From the NCBI GenBank assembly GCA_005772855.1, contig SXIK01000158.1:10991-74990 (forward strand): a DNA stretch of 64,000 nucleotides. Direction: 5' to 3'. Below, one piece after another: positions 9,681-18,266 of this stretch. The translations under genes were made by a program, and so were the position numbers. A model generated the notes under the pieces. That model was not told the DNA's origin. It was given only the letters and a program-made list of their open reading frames with translations, and ran no database searches. Every line of letters starts with the position of its first letter. The stretch's first letter is position 1. The stretch is from Planctomycetia bacterium (GTDB lineage: Bacteria > Planctomycetota > UBA8108 > SXIK01).

Positions 9681-12600
9681 ATGAGCTCTCTTGTTAAAGC
9701 GGTAGTAATAAGCGCCATAGTTTTCATTGTCATTATCATCGGAGCGGTTTTTTTCCTCTCGAGTCAAAAGCAAAGGGGGCCCAGGATAGCCGAACGTGAC
9801 AGGGTCACGGAGCCGGACAGCAAGTCTTCCGTGGCGGAGCCTCGCGGCGTGCCCATAGACACAGCTCGCATCGTCCGCGAAGGCGTGAAGATTACGTTTC
9901 AGGTGATGGAAATCGGCCGCAAGCGCGAGCTCCCGGGCTCTCGCGTGATGATATTGAAGGCCACGGATGGCAATCTCTTCGGTGAGAAGGTCGATGAGAA
10001 GACCGGAGACGGGAACTTCGAGCTCTTGCTCGAGCCTGGGGCCTACGTTGCCAGGGTGAGTTGCCCGCGATTCACGGGCCAAAAGCGCAATTTCACGGTC
10101 CTCAAGGACTCACCTCAGAAACTCGTCTTTGAGCTGGAACGGGGCAATTCGATCTCGGGTCACGTCTACGCAAAAGGTGGCCAGCCGATCTCTGGAGCCC
10201 GGGTGCTCGCGCTGCGTGAGCTGGCCATGCCGGGCGCCGGCCTCGAGGAGATCTTGATGGCGATGGTGGATATCCAGAGCCTGACCGGCAAGACGGCCTT
10301 TGCCGCAGAGGACATTTCGGCCGCAGATGGCTCCTACACCCTCGACGGCCTCGTTGTCCACGCGTTTACGGTGCGGGCCACGGCGCCGGGGTTTGTGCCT
10401 GGAGAGATCATGGAGGTGCCTTCCCCGCGTGTCGGTGTGGATATCTACCTCGAGAAGGGGGGCCTGGTGGGTGGCTTTGTCCGCGATACCGCTGGCAATC
10501 CCGTCGATGGCGCCACGGTGAGTGCCTATGTAGAGGTCGAGAGTCAGGATGTTTTCCGCATCATCCAGTCCAAGGCACGTCCGCCTCTCGACAGCGTCGA
10601 GACGGACTCGAGCGGGCGCTTCCAGTTCAAGACGCTGGGCCCAGACGTTTACAACTTTCTTGTTGAGGCCAAGGGCTACCAGAGGGGCGAGTTCTTGAAA
10701 AACCGCATCGCTCCAGGCCAGGCCACCGAGCTCGCGTTCACCGTCAATCCGGGCCTCGTCCTGCGAGGCATCGTGACAGGTCCCAGCGGTGAGCCCGTGC
10801 CTGGCGCCAAGATCCGCCCGACCCTCATGAGCCCCGGGGCAGCGGCTCGAAAAGATCAGGTCAACCTCAGTTTTGACGAGGACAAGGTCGTTACCAACGA
10901 GCAGGGCGAATTCATGACAGACACCCTGGAAGAAGGCACGTACATGTTGCTGTGTTGGCATCAGGACTACCAGACGCTGCGCAAGTCGGACATCCGCGTG
11001 GGAGTCTCGAATGATGAACTGAAGCTGAAACTCTCGCACGGTGGCCGCGTCCATGGGGTCGTCACGGATGCCTCGAGCGGCAAGCCCATTGCCGGCGCTC
11101 GGATTTCCGCAAACGACGTGGCTGACCTGCACAAGGATGCGGTCACGCAGGAGGATGGAACGTTTGTGCTCTCGGGCCTGGGTGGGGCGGGTGGAAACCG
11201 CTCGGTCACGTTCAACGTCACGGCAACTGGATTTGCTCGTGCTCGACGTGATGTCAAGGTGGAGGACGATCGAGAAGTGGCCGAGAACTTCGAACTTCAG
11301 CCCACGGGTCTCGTGACCGGGCGGGTGGTGAACTCCAACGGGGAGCCCATCTCGGGTGCTCGCGTGATGGCCAAGAGGGCCAGCGACTCTGCCAGCAGTG
11401 TCGAGCAGATCCTGTCGAACGATCTTTCAGACCGAGATGGAAAGTTCCAACTTTCCGGGATTGAGGCCGGTGAGAACACGGTCGTGCGAGTCAAGAAGGC
11501 CGAGTTCCTGGATGGCGCGAGCGCTGCGTTTGCCGTAGAGCCTTCTGGGGCGCTCGCGCTGGATCCCATTTTAATGCAGCTCGGTGGTTCGCTGGGCGGC
11601 ACAGTCCTGGGAGCGGACGGCAAGCCGATCGCTGGAGCCATGGTCATTGTGACGAGCGAGGGTGAAACGGAGCTGCAGCAAGCAGGCAACCCGTCATCGC
11701 CCACGAGCAGTCGCGGCGAATTCCTGATCCAGGGCCTCAAGTCAGGCACAGTGGATCTTGTGGTGAAGGCCGTTCATCACCTTGAGAAGCGACTTGTCGC
11801 AATTGAGATTCAGGAGGGCCGGCTCCACGGTGATATCAAGGTACAGCTGGAAATGGGGAATACCGTCAGCGGCGTCGTCCTTGATTCGAAAGGCAAGCCG
11901 ATCGTGAGCGCCGAGATTGTTGGAAAGGACTTCGCACAAGGTATGAAGGAGATCCGCACCTCGAGCGGAAACGATGGCACTTTCACCGTCGAGGGCATCC
12001 TTGCGGCTGACGTCGTCGAACTCTCGGTCTCCCATGAGAGCTTTACCGCCTATAACGATCCCAAGGTTCGCGTCGGTTCGACGGATCTTAAGATCGTGCT
12101 CCAGGAGCTTGGAAGCTTGCGCGGGATTGTGGTCGACTCGAAGGGGGTCCCCATTGCCACGGCCTTCACGGTGCAGGCCCAGAACCCTACCGCCAAGGAT
12201 CCACGAAAACAGCCGAAGACGCAGACGTACACCTCGGCAGACGGATCCTTTGAGTACAAGGGAGTTCCCGCCGGCACGTACACGGTCTTCGTCCGCTCGC
12301 CGCAGTACTCCGCCTGGTCACGGAAAAATGTCCAGCTGAGTGACGGCGAGGTGGTGGATCTGGGCGCGATCGAGTTGGAGGAGGGTGGCAGGGTGTTCGG
12401 CAAGGTCATCGACGCCGCCTCAAAGCAGCCCATCGAGGGTGCTCGCGTCCAGATTGCGCAGGGGTCGAGCCGCTTCATGAAGAGCACCGGCACGCAGACG
12501 GGTGGGCCCGCCCCAAACCCTGTTCAGGTTTCGCTCGGAGATGGTAGTTTCGCCTTCAATGGCTTGAAGGGAGGCACTTTGAGCCTCCGCACCACGCACG

Positions 12601-12950
12601 ACGGCTACTTGAGCCACAAGATCGACGATGTGAACCCGGACTTGGCAGACAAGTCTCAGGATCTTGTAATTGAGCTGGAGCAGGGCGGCGAGATTACCGG
12701 AATCGTCTACGACAATCAGGGGAAGCCTCGCAGTGGGATTAACGTTTACCTTATTGGTGAGGACTCCAGCTCGAACCAGACGCAACCGACCGACAAGACA
12801 GGCCGCTATCGATTCCAGGCTGTTCAGGCGGGCAGCTTTACCGTCAAGGCGCACAAGTTTGGAAGCGCGGGCAGTGGGGCAGAGCAGGCTGAGCGCAGTG
12901 TGGTGATAACGAGCGGGTCGATTGAGTCGGCCGACCTGCAGCTCGAGTAA
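9681..12950 (+). CDS. Large membrane-anchored protein with about 10 tandem carboxypeptidase-regulatory-like (CarbopepD_reg) beta-sandwich repeats
   Basis: Start placed at the internal Met (MSSLVKAVVISAIVFIVIIIGAVFF), an N-terminal TM anchor. Repeated motif G.V.D..G.PI.GA.V (e.g. GRVVNSNGEPISGARVMA, GKVIDAASKQPIEGARVQI) occurs about 10 times. Confidence 0.7.
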   Translation: MSSLVKAVVISAIVFIVIIIGAVFFLSSQKQRGPRIAERDRVTEPDSKSSVAEPRGVPIDTARIVREGVKITFQVMEIGRKRELPGSRVMILKATDGNLFGEKVDEKTGDGNFELLLEPGAYVARVSCPRFTGQKRNFTVLKDSPQKLVFELERGNSISGHVYAKGGQPISGARVLALRELAMPGAGLEEILMAMVDIQSLTGKTAFAAEDISAADGSYTLDGLVVHAFTVRATAPGFVPGEIMEVPSPRVGVDIYLEKGGLVGGFVRDTAGNPVDGATVSAYVEVESQDVFRIIQSKARPPLDSVETDSSGRFQFKTLGPDVYNFLVEAKGYQRGEFLKNRIAPGQATELAFTVNPGLVLRGIVTGPSGEPVPGAKIRPTLMSPGAAARKDQVNLSFDEDKVVTNEQGEFMTDTLEEGTYMLLCWHQDYQTLRKSDIRVGVSNDELKLKLSHGGRVHGVVTDASSGKPIAGARISANDVADLHKDAVTQEDGTFVLSGLGGAGGNRSVTFNVTATGFARARRDVKVEDDREVAENFELQPTGLVTGRVVNSNGEPISGARVMAKRASDSASSVEQILSNDLSDRDGKFQLSGIEAGENTVVRVKKAEFLDGASAAFAVEPSGALALDPILMQLGGSLGGTVLGADGKPIAGAMVIVTSEGETELQQAGNPSSPTSSRGEFLIQGLKSGTVDLVVKAVHHLEKRLVAIEIQEGRLHGDIKVQLEMGNTVSGVVLDSKGKPIVSAEIVGKDFAQGMKEIRTSSGNDGTFTVEGILAADVVELSVSHESFTAYNDPKVRVGSTDLKIVLQELGSLRGIVVDSKGVPIATAFTVQAQNPTAKDPRKQPKTQTYTSADGSFEYKGVPAGTYTVFVRSPQYSAWSRKNVQLSDGEVVDLGAIELEEGGRVFGKVIDAASKQPIEGARVQIAQGSSRFMKSTGTQTGGPAPNPVQVSLGDGSFAFNGLKGGTLSLRTTHDGYLSHKIDDVNPDLADKSQDLVIELEQGGEITGIVYDNQGKPRSGINVYLIGEDSSSNQTQPTDKTGRYRFQAVQAGSFTVKAHKFGSAGSGAEQAERSVVITSGSIESADLQLE

Positions 12951-13075
12951 CTTGTTGTTCCATAAGATCTTGAGTTGTTCTTGGCTTGCCCAGGATCTGG
13001 AAGTCAGATTGGCGCGTAGGGGTCCATGGCAGGCCCAGTGTTGGCTCCGCCTAGAAAAAACTTCCTGGATTTTGC

Positions 13076-13103
13076 TTAATTTCTTGTCTCAACTGGCCGA
13101 TAT
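13076..13103 (+). promoter_or_regulatory. Sigma28 (FliA)-type promoter candidate upstream of flgM
   Basis: TTAA-N16-GCCGATAT closely matches the sigma28 consensus TAAA-N15-GCCGATAA. Located about 110 nt upstream of the flgM start. Confidence 0.45.
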
Positions 13104-13214
13104 GAATGTGTACGGCACAAGTCCTTGTAGGCCTGGAATGTTCTGCCCCCTGTGTTCAGTGGGCTCCAGTCGGCCTGAGGGGTTTTGCCAGATCACACTT
13201 GAGAGAGGGGAAGC

Positions 13215-13487
13215 ATGGAAATCCATGGCCCAGGCGGAGTTTCCGGCCCAAACCGGGTCGATCTCCACCGTGTTAATGCACAGCGTCCCAGTGAACTCGA
13301 CGCTTCCAAGCAAGTCCGCGATCGTGCGGAAATTTCGGAAGAAGCTCGCCTTCTTTCAAAGCTTGCTGAAGTTCCGGACGTCCGTGTCGACAGGGTTAGC
13401 GAGCTCAAGCAGCTCATTGCCTCTGGACGCTACGAGACTGCCGAACGGATCGAAAAGACGGTCGAACGTATTCTCGAAGAGCTTTGA
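13215..13487 (+). CDS. flgM: Anti-sigma-28 factor FlgM
   Basis: 90 aa. C-terminal VDRVSELKQLIASGRYETAERIEKTVERILEEL matches the FlgM sigma28-binding helix region (ekVaelKaaIasGeY.vd). Confidence 0.75.
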   Translation: MEIHGPGGVSGPNRVDLHRVNAQRPSELDASKQVRDRAEISEEARLLSKLAEVPDVRVDRVSELKQLIASGRYETAERIEKTVERILEEL

Positions 13488-13584
13488 TGGCGTAGCCGTC
13501 ACAGCGGATGATAAGGCTTTAGTGATCCGCCACCGGAGCTCAAAGGGCGGCAAGGAGCCGTTTTGTCCCGGGTAGGAGGGCAAT

Positions 13585-14664
13585 TTGTCGCCACCTGACG
13601 CTCGGCTTGAGCCATCGGGGCTGGTTTTTGAGCCTCAGTTTGTCGAGCGCGTCTGGGGCGGAACAAAGCTGAAGCGATTTGAGAAGCTGCTGCCCACGGG
13701 GCAACTCATCGGCGAATCCTGGGAGATCTCGGATGTCCCGGGGAAGCCGAGCCGGGTTGCCCGAAGTAACTCGGGTGCGCAGACACTCCGTGACCTCATG
13801 CGGACTCACGCTTCCGACCTACTCGGCACCTCCCGTGTAGTGAATGGGCACCTCGACCGAGGTCCGCAATTCCCACTGCTGATCAAACTGCTCGATGCAA
13901 GGGAGGACTTGTCCGTTCAGGTCCATCCGTCGGACAGGGATCTCCGTCGTTCAGGGCTTGAATTCAGAGGCAAGACCGAGGCCTGGATTCTGTTGGATTG
14001 CGAACCTGGTGCACGCATTGTGCATGGCCTGGCGTCCGGCGTTCGCAGGCAAGACCTGATCGAGCGAATTCGCTTGCTCAAGGGGGCCGCTCTGCCTCCC
14101 GCTGAAGAAGAAGATCTCTTCAACTGGGTTCACGTAGAGCGTGGCCAGTTCGTGTTCGTGCCTGCCGGAACAGTCCACGCTGTTGGAAAGGGAATCCTAC
14201 TGCTCGAAGTGCAACAGACCTCCGACATCACCTACCGACTCTACGATTGGGGTCGCCTCGGCCAAGATGGAAAGCCGCGAGACCTGCACCTGAGCGAAGC
14301 ACAAAGCGTTTCGGACGCCCCTACGGTGTCGAATCCGTTTCCCCTCATCGACGATGTTCGAGAAACAACGGGCTTCACGCCGTTGCTGGCTTCCAGCGAC
14401 TGCGACAAATTTCAGATAGAGGTCGCGTCCCTGGGCCCGGAAACCCCCAATGGTCCAATCTTGAATACGAGCACGTGTTCCAGTTACGGAGCCGGCTTCC
14501 ATATTCTTTCACCCTTTGATGGGGAGTCGGTCGTTTCGACTGCTGCCGGAGATCCCATCAGGCTCAAGCCCGGCCACTTCGTGCTCGTGCCAGCAATTTC
14601 GGAGGGCTACACAATCTCGGCTTCCACCAGGACTCGAATTCTCCGGTTCTCCTGTCCGACTTGA
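13585..14664 (+). CDS. manA: Mannose-6-phosphate isomerase, class I (Bacillus-type cupin PMI)
   Basis: TTG start with GGAGG RBS. LVFEPQFVERVWGGTKL (compare B. subtilis FLKPVFKEKIWGG) and LSVQVHPSD (PMI QVHPDD metal-binding motif). Confidence 0.75.
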   Translation: MSPPDARLEPSGLVFEPQFVERVWGGTKLKRFEKLLPTGQLIGESWEISDVPGKPSRVARSNSGAQTLRDLMRTHASDLLGTSRVVNGHLDRGPQFPLLIKLLDAREDLSVQVHPSDRDLRRSGLEFRGKTEAWILLDCEPGARIVHGLASGVRRQDLIERIRLLKGAALPPAEEEDLFNWVHVERGQFVFVPAGTVHAVGKGILLLEVQQTSDITYRLYDWGRLGQDGKPRDLHLSEAQSVSDAPTVSNPFPLIDDVRETTGFTPLLASSDCDKFQIEVASLGPETPNGPILNTSTCSSYGAGFHILSPFDGESVVSTAAGDPIRLKPGHFVLVPAISEGYTISASTRTRILRFSCPT

Positions 14665-15059
14665 TACTCTCGGCATTGGGAGCAGTGGGGGGCGGTGGGC
14701 GAATCTACCCTTTGCTCTGGGCATCTCTCAAAGTCTATATACCTCGCACGCCCACACGTGAGACATTCCGAATGGGCAGAGGAGGACCATCTCAAGTCTG
14801 CTGCTCCTTTCTGCTGGTGGGGCGGACCCTCCCCCACGTCGGCTCGCCTCCGAGCGGAGCGAGGGTGGAGCGAGGGCGGAGGCAACAACGCCACGCGGCC
14901 CCTCCGGTCGCACACGCTGCGCGTGTGCCTCCGGGCCAGGCTCTCGGGAGCCGCCAGCCCGCAGCAAACCCCCTCCTCGGCGCCTGATGGGCGCCGGGCG
15001 CCTCTGGCGCGACCAGCCGCAACCTTTCGCAGGCTGCAAAACGTCTCATCACTGGCGGC

Positions 15060-15584
15060 GTGCGGTATATAATGAAGGTTTACCCCGAGGAGATGCTCAT
15101 GCCTGAAATGCGACGCCCTTCCAATTCCCCGTCCGGCCAGTCAGGTCAGCCCCCTCGGCGGCGCCCGGTACCGAAGCGGACCCCGATGTGGCTCAAGATT
15201 GGACTGATAGTGGCCCCCATTGTCTTGATCGCCCTCGTGTTGAATCTCAAGGCGCGTCGCACCAGTGACGAGAACGCGGAGGCGGCGGAGGCGTTCGTCG
15301 ATCCGAACAACAGGATCAAGAAGCTAGAGGCGGAGGTCTCCACTTTTGACAGGGAAGCCAAGGCCTGGATGCGGCTTCAGCGGGCCGAGGATCCAGCGGC
15401 CGAGTCGAAAGGCGAAGATCTAATCGCCCGGATGGAAAAGTGGATGGACGAGTGGGATACAATTTTTGAGGCTCGGCGCGACGCCCAGGGCAATTTGCCT
15501 CTAGAATTGCAGGGTTACGGCAGGATTCGTGCCAACTTCAACTTGATCCGGAGCGATGTATTGAAGGCTTCAGGTTCCAAGTGA
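15060..15584 (+). CDS. Hypothetical single-pass membrane protein
   Basis: One TM segment (WLKIGLIVAPIVLIALVL) then a charged helical region. The true start is probably one of the internal Mets downstream of a TATAAT box at 15067-15072. Confidence 0.4.
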   Translation: MRYIMKVYPEEMLMPEMRRPSNSPSGQSGQPPRRRPVPKRTPMWLKIGLIVAPIVLIALVLNLKARRTSDENAEAAEAFVDPNNRIKKLEAEVSTFDREAKAWMRLQRAEDPAAESKGEDLIARMEKWMDEWDTIFEARRDAQGNLPLELQGYGRIRANFNLIRSDVLKASGSK

Positions 15585-15661
15585 TGCTCTCCAATCGCCA
15601 CCCAGCCTGGTCTCGCAGATGCTTGCCTCCGTGTACGCGTTGTGCGGGTGCCCTTGACACC

Positions 15662-16105
15662 ATGGACCTCATCGTCGGGGTGGTGCTAGTGGGCCTGGTA
15701 CCTTTCGTCGTGCTGGCAGTGGCTGCGCTCTTCTCGAAGGATCCCTCGGGGCCAGGCGCCCATGAGATGGGGAACAAGCCCAACCTGACCGTGCCAGAGG
15801 ATGCTGAGGAAATCGAGATTCGCTTTAAACAGGCCGAGAAAAGCTATCGCTCAAGCGCGAAGCTGATGTTCAAACGCGTCGGAGAGGTGGAAGACCCGGG
15901 CTTGAGAGAGAAGCTCCGCGTCTGGGCCACGATGGCGCTTCAGTTGGCAGACTCTGAGCTTACGGGGCTCAAGAGTACGATCGAGAAGCCCGAGCTTGGC
16001 TCAAGATTTTCTTCCTATATTTCGCGTATCCAGCCCCTTCAGCAGGAGATTCAAGCTGATCTCGCCGACTTGAAGGAAATGGACGTCCTGGGCAGAGGCG
16101 GATAG
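15662..16105 (+). CDS. Hypothetical small membrane protein
   Basis: Start taken at MDLIVGVVLVGLVPFVVLAVAAL (TM helix). Charged C-terminal helical region. No known domain. Confidence 0.35.
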   Translation: MDLIVGVVLVGLVPFVVLAVAALFSKDPSGPGAHEMGNKPNLTVPEDAEEIEIRFKQAEKSYRSSAKLMFKRVGEVEDPGLREKLRVWATMALQLADSELTGLKSTIEKPELGSRFSSYISRIQPLQQEIQADLADLKEMDVLGRGG

Positions 16106-16185
16106 TCTCGCCTACCGCATCCAGGTGTTAATTTCTGGGCGGCACTTGGGGCCAGGATCCCCGGACCGCTGGCCAGAGGAGACGC

Positions 16186-18237
16186 ATGAAGGCTGGAGAC
16201 CAGGAGCTCGCGAGGCTCGCCCAGACTCGAGAATGGATTTCCGAGGACGTCTTCAGGAATGTCTTGGCAGAGGTGAAGCGATTCCAGGCGCTCGGGCTTG
16301 AGAAGTCCGTCGAGGAGATCTTGTTGGAATCTGGAATGCTCTCGGCCGAACAAGTGCGGAGCCTCAGGGAGACGCTCGGACTGGTTCTCCGAGAGGAGCG
16401 AATTGGTGATTACAAGATCGTGCGGCGCATTGGTGTGGGGGGCATGGGAACTGTTTTTGAGGCCTACCACGTGCGCCTCAAGCAGCGAATTGCGCTCAAA
16501 ATTCTCCTTCCCAGTCTCTCGAAGGACCCGCTGGCAACCGAGCGCTTCATTCGAGAGGCACGGATGCTGGCGCGCCTCAACCATCCACATCTCGTCCACG
16601 CCATCGACGCAGGGCAGGACGGCGACCGTTATTATCTGGCGATGGAGTACATCGAAGGCGAAAACTTATTCCAGATGCTCCTTCGCGCTGGCCCCCTCAA
16701 TCCTGTGCGCAGCTGCGAGATCCTGCGCGAGGTTTGCAAGGCGCTCGAGTTCCTTGAAGGGAAAGGTCTCGTTCACCGCGACGTGAAGCCTGCCAACATC
16801 CTCGTCGGGACGGACGGCGTTGTGAAGCTCGCGGACTTGGGTCTTCTCCTCAGCCCCGCTGCAAGCGGTGGTGAGCCCCGGCAGACCTGCGGTACACCGC
16901 ATTATGTGTCGCCCGAGCAGATCAAGCGCAAGACCGAGCTCGACGTCCGCAGTGATCTCTACTCGCTTGCCGCAACGTGGTATTACCTGCTCACGGGCAA
17001 GCCTCCCTTCACCGGGAAGAGCCCGAGAGAGATCATGGAAGGGCACCTTCATCGGGTCCCGCCGGCTCCATCCAGGCTTCGGCCTGAGCTACCAACCTCC
17101 CTTGATGGTGTTCTCTTGCGATGGCTGTCCAAGGATCGAGACAAGCGACCGGCTTCCGCAAAGGATGCGCTGGGTGAGATCGAGATACTCCTCTCCGCGC
17201 TCCGGAATCAACCACGCAAGGGGTGGATCGGCCAGTACTTGGTTCCGGCACTGGCGATTACGCTGATCTCGGTGCTTTGTTTTCCTTTCCTGCGAGGGCC
17301 AGGGCAGAGGCGACCCGGGCCTCCAGCGAGTCCAATCACTCAGCCCGGGGTGACGGTTGCGACGGAAAGGGTTACCGTACCCGATCTCCCTCCCTCGACT
17401 CCCTCGCTGTCTCCTCAGCCAGCTGTCTCACGGAGGTTACTCCCCACGAAGCCCGATCCCGTCTCGAGGGAGCCGATCAGCGATCCTCCTCTCTCCAGTT
17501 CGCCGCCGCCGCCACCGGTCCCCTGGTCGCTCATGACTCCTCTTCAAGCGGTGGTCCAGGGGGGACGGTCGCGCGTAGCCGAACTCGCGAGAAGTGTCAG
17601 TGCGGCCCTGGCACCGCGGCTCGACGAGTTCAGGCCTCTGGAGCCTTTTTGTCGGAGCTTTCATGCCAGTAGTGTTGCGGTCGAGCCGAGACCTTTCCCG
17701 GGGGAGGTGAGCCTCAGGTATGAGTTTCGCAGTACGACTGAGCTCCTCGATTTTCGGTCTCGCCAGGGTTCCTGGGGCGTGTGGGACGACCAGCTCGTGG
17801 GTCTCGCGGAACCGTTCAGCGACCCACTGTGGACGCTGGCATGGTTCGAAGCGCCCGTGAGCCTGGAAGGCGAGCTTCGGGAAGCGGCGGCAATGATTGT
17901 CGGATTCGAGGACTTGTGCGTGGCCCCTGGCCGCGGCCTCGACGTTCGAGTCTGGCGTGAGGTTGAGAGCGCCCCCGTGCCCGTCCTGACTGTGCCCGTT
18001 GTACCCCGGGGGCGCTGGCGAGTGACCTTTGGTAAAGCCGGCGTCGAGCTTCGAGTGGAGGGTGAAGCGCTTGGAGTGGCGAAGCCTCTTGAGCCCTCAA
18101 GGTCTCTTCAGCCGGGAGTGGGGAGGGTCTTCTTGAAGCTGGCGCCATCGAGAACGATGGAGTGGCTACGGATTGATGGCAAGTTGGCGTTTGACTGGGC
18201 CCTGGAACGCAGGAGCCTTCTCGGAACAAGTCGCTGA
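16186..18237 (+). CDS. Ser/Thr protein kinase (Hanks-type) with Pro-rich linker and C-terminal unknown domain
   Basis: Gly-rich loop IGVGGMGTVFEA, catalytic HRDVKPANILV, DLGL (DFG variant), APE-like SPEQ. A TM segment follows the kinase domain, then a Pro/Ser-rich linker. Confidence 0.85.
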   Translation: MKAGDQELARLAQTREWISEDVFRNVLAEVKRFQALGLEKSVEEILLESGMLSAEQVRSLRETLGLVLREERIGDYKIVRRIGVGGMGTVFEAYHVRLKQRIALKILLPSLSKDPLATERFIREARMLARLNHPHLVHAIDAGQDGDRYYLAMEYIEGENLFQMLLRAGPLNPVRSCEILREVCKALEFLEGKGLVHRDVKPANILVGTDGVVKLADLGLLLSPAASGGEPRQTCGTPHYVSPEQIKRKTELDVRSDLYSLAATWYYLLTGKPPFTGKSPREIMEGHLHRVPPAPSRLRPELPTSLDGVLLRWLSKDRDKRPASAKDALGEIEILLSALRNQPRKGWIGQYLVPALAITLISVLCFPFLRGPGQRRPGPPASPITQPGVTVATERVTVPDLPPSTPSLSPQPAVSRRLLPTKPDPVSREPISDPPLSSSPPPPPVPWSLMTPLQAVVQGGRSRVAELARSVSAALAPRLDEFRPLEPFCRSFHASSVAVEPRPFPGEVSLRYEFRSTTELLDFRSRQGSWGVWDDQLVGLAEPFSDPLWTLAWFEAPVSLEGELREAAAMIVGFEDLCVAPGRGLDVRVWREVESAPVPVLTVPVVPRGRWRVTFGKAGVELRVEGEALGVAKPLEPSRSLQPGVGRVFLKLAPSRTMEWLRIDGKLAFDWALERRSLLGTSR

Positions 18238-18266
18238 CTCGCGCGCTGGCTCCTGTTTGCCGCGAT

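Noticed and set aside
12922-13575. 217-aa + strand ORF overlapping the flgM promoter and flgM itself
   Set aside because: It is out of frame with the clearly homologous FlgM ORF. There is no domain. It covers an obvious promoter region.
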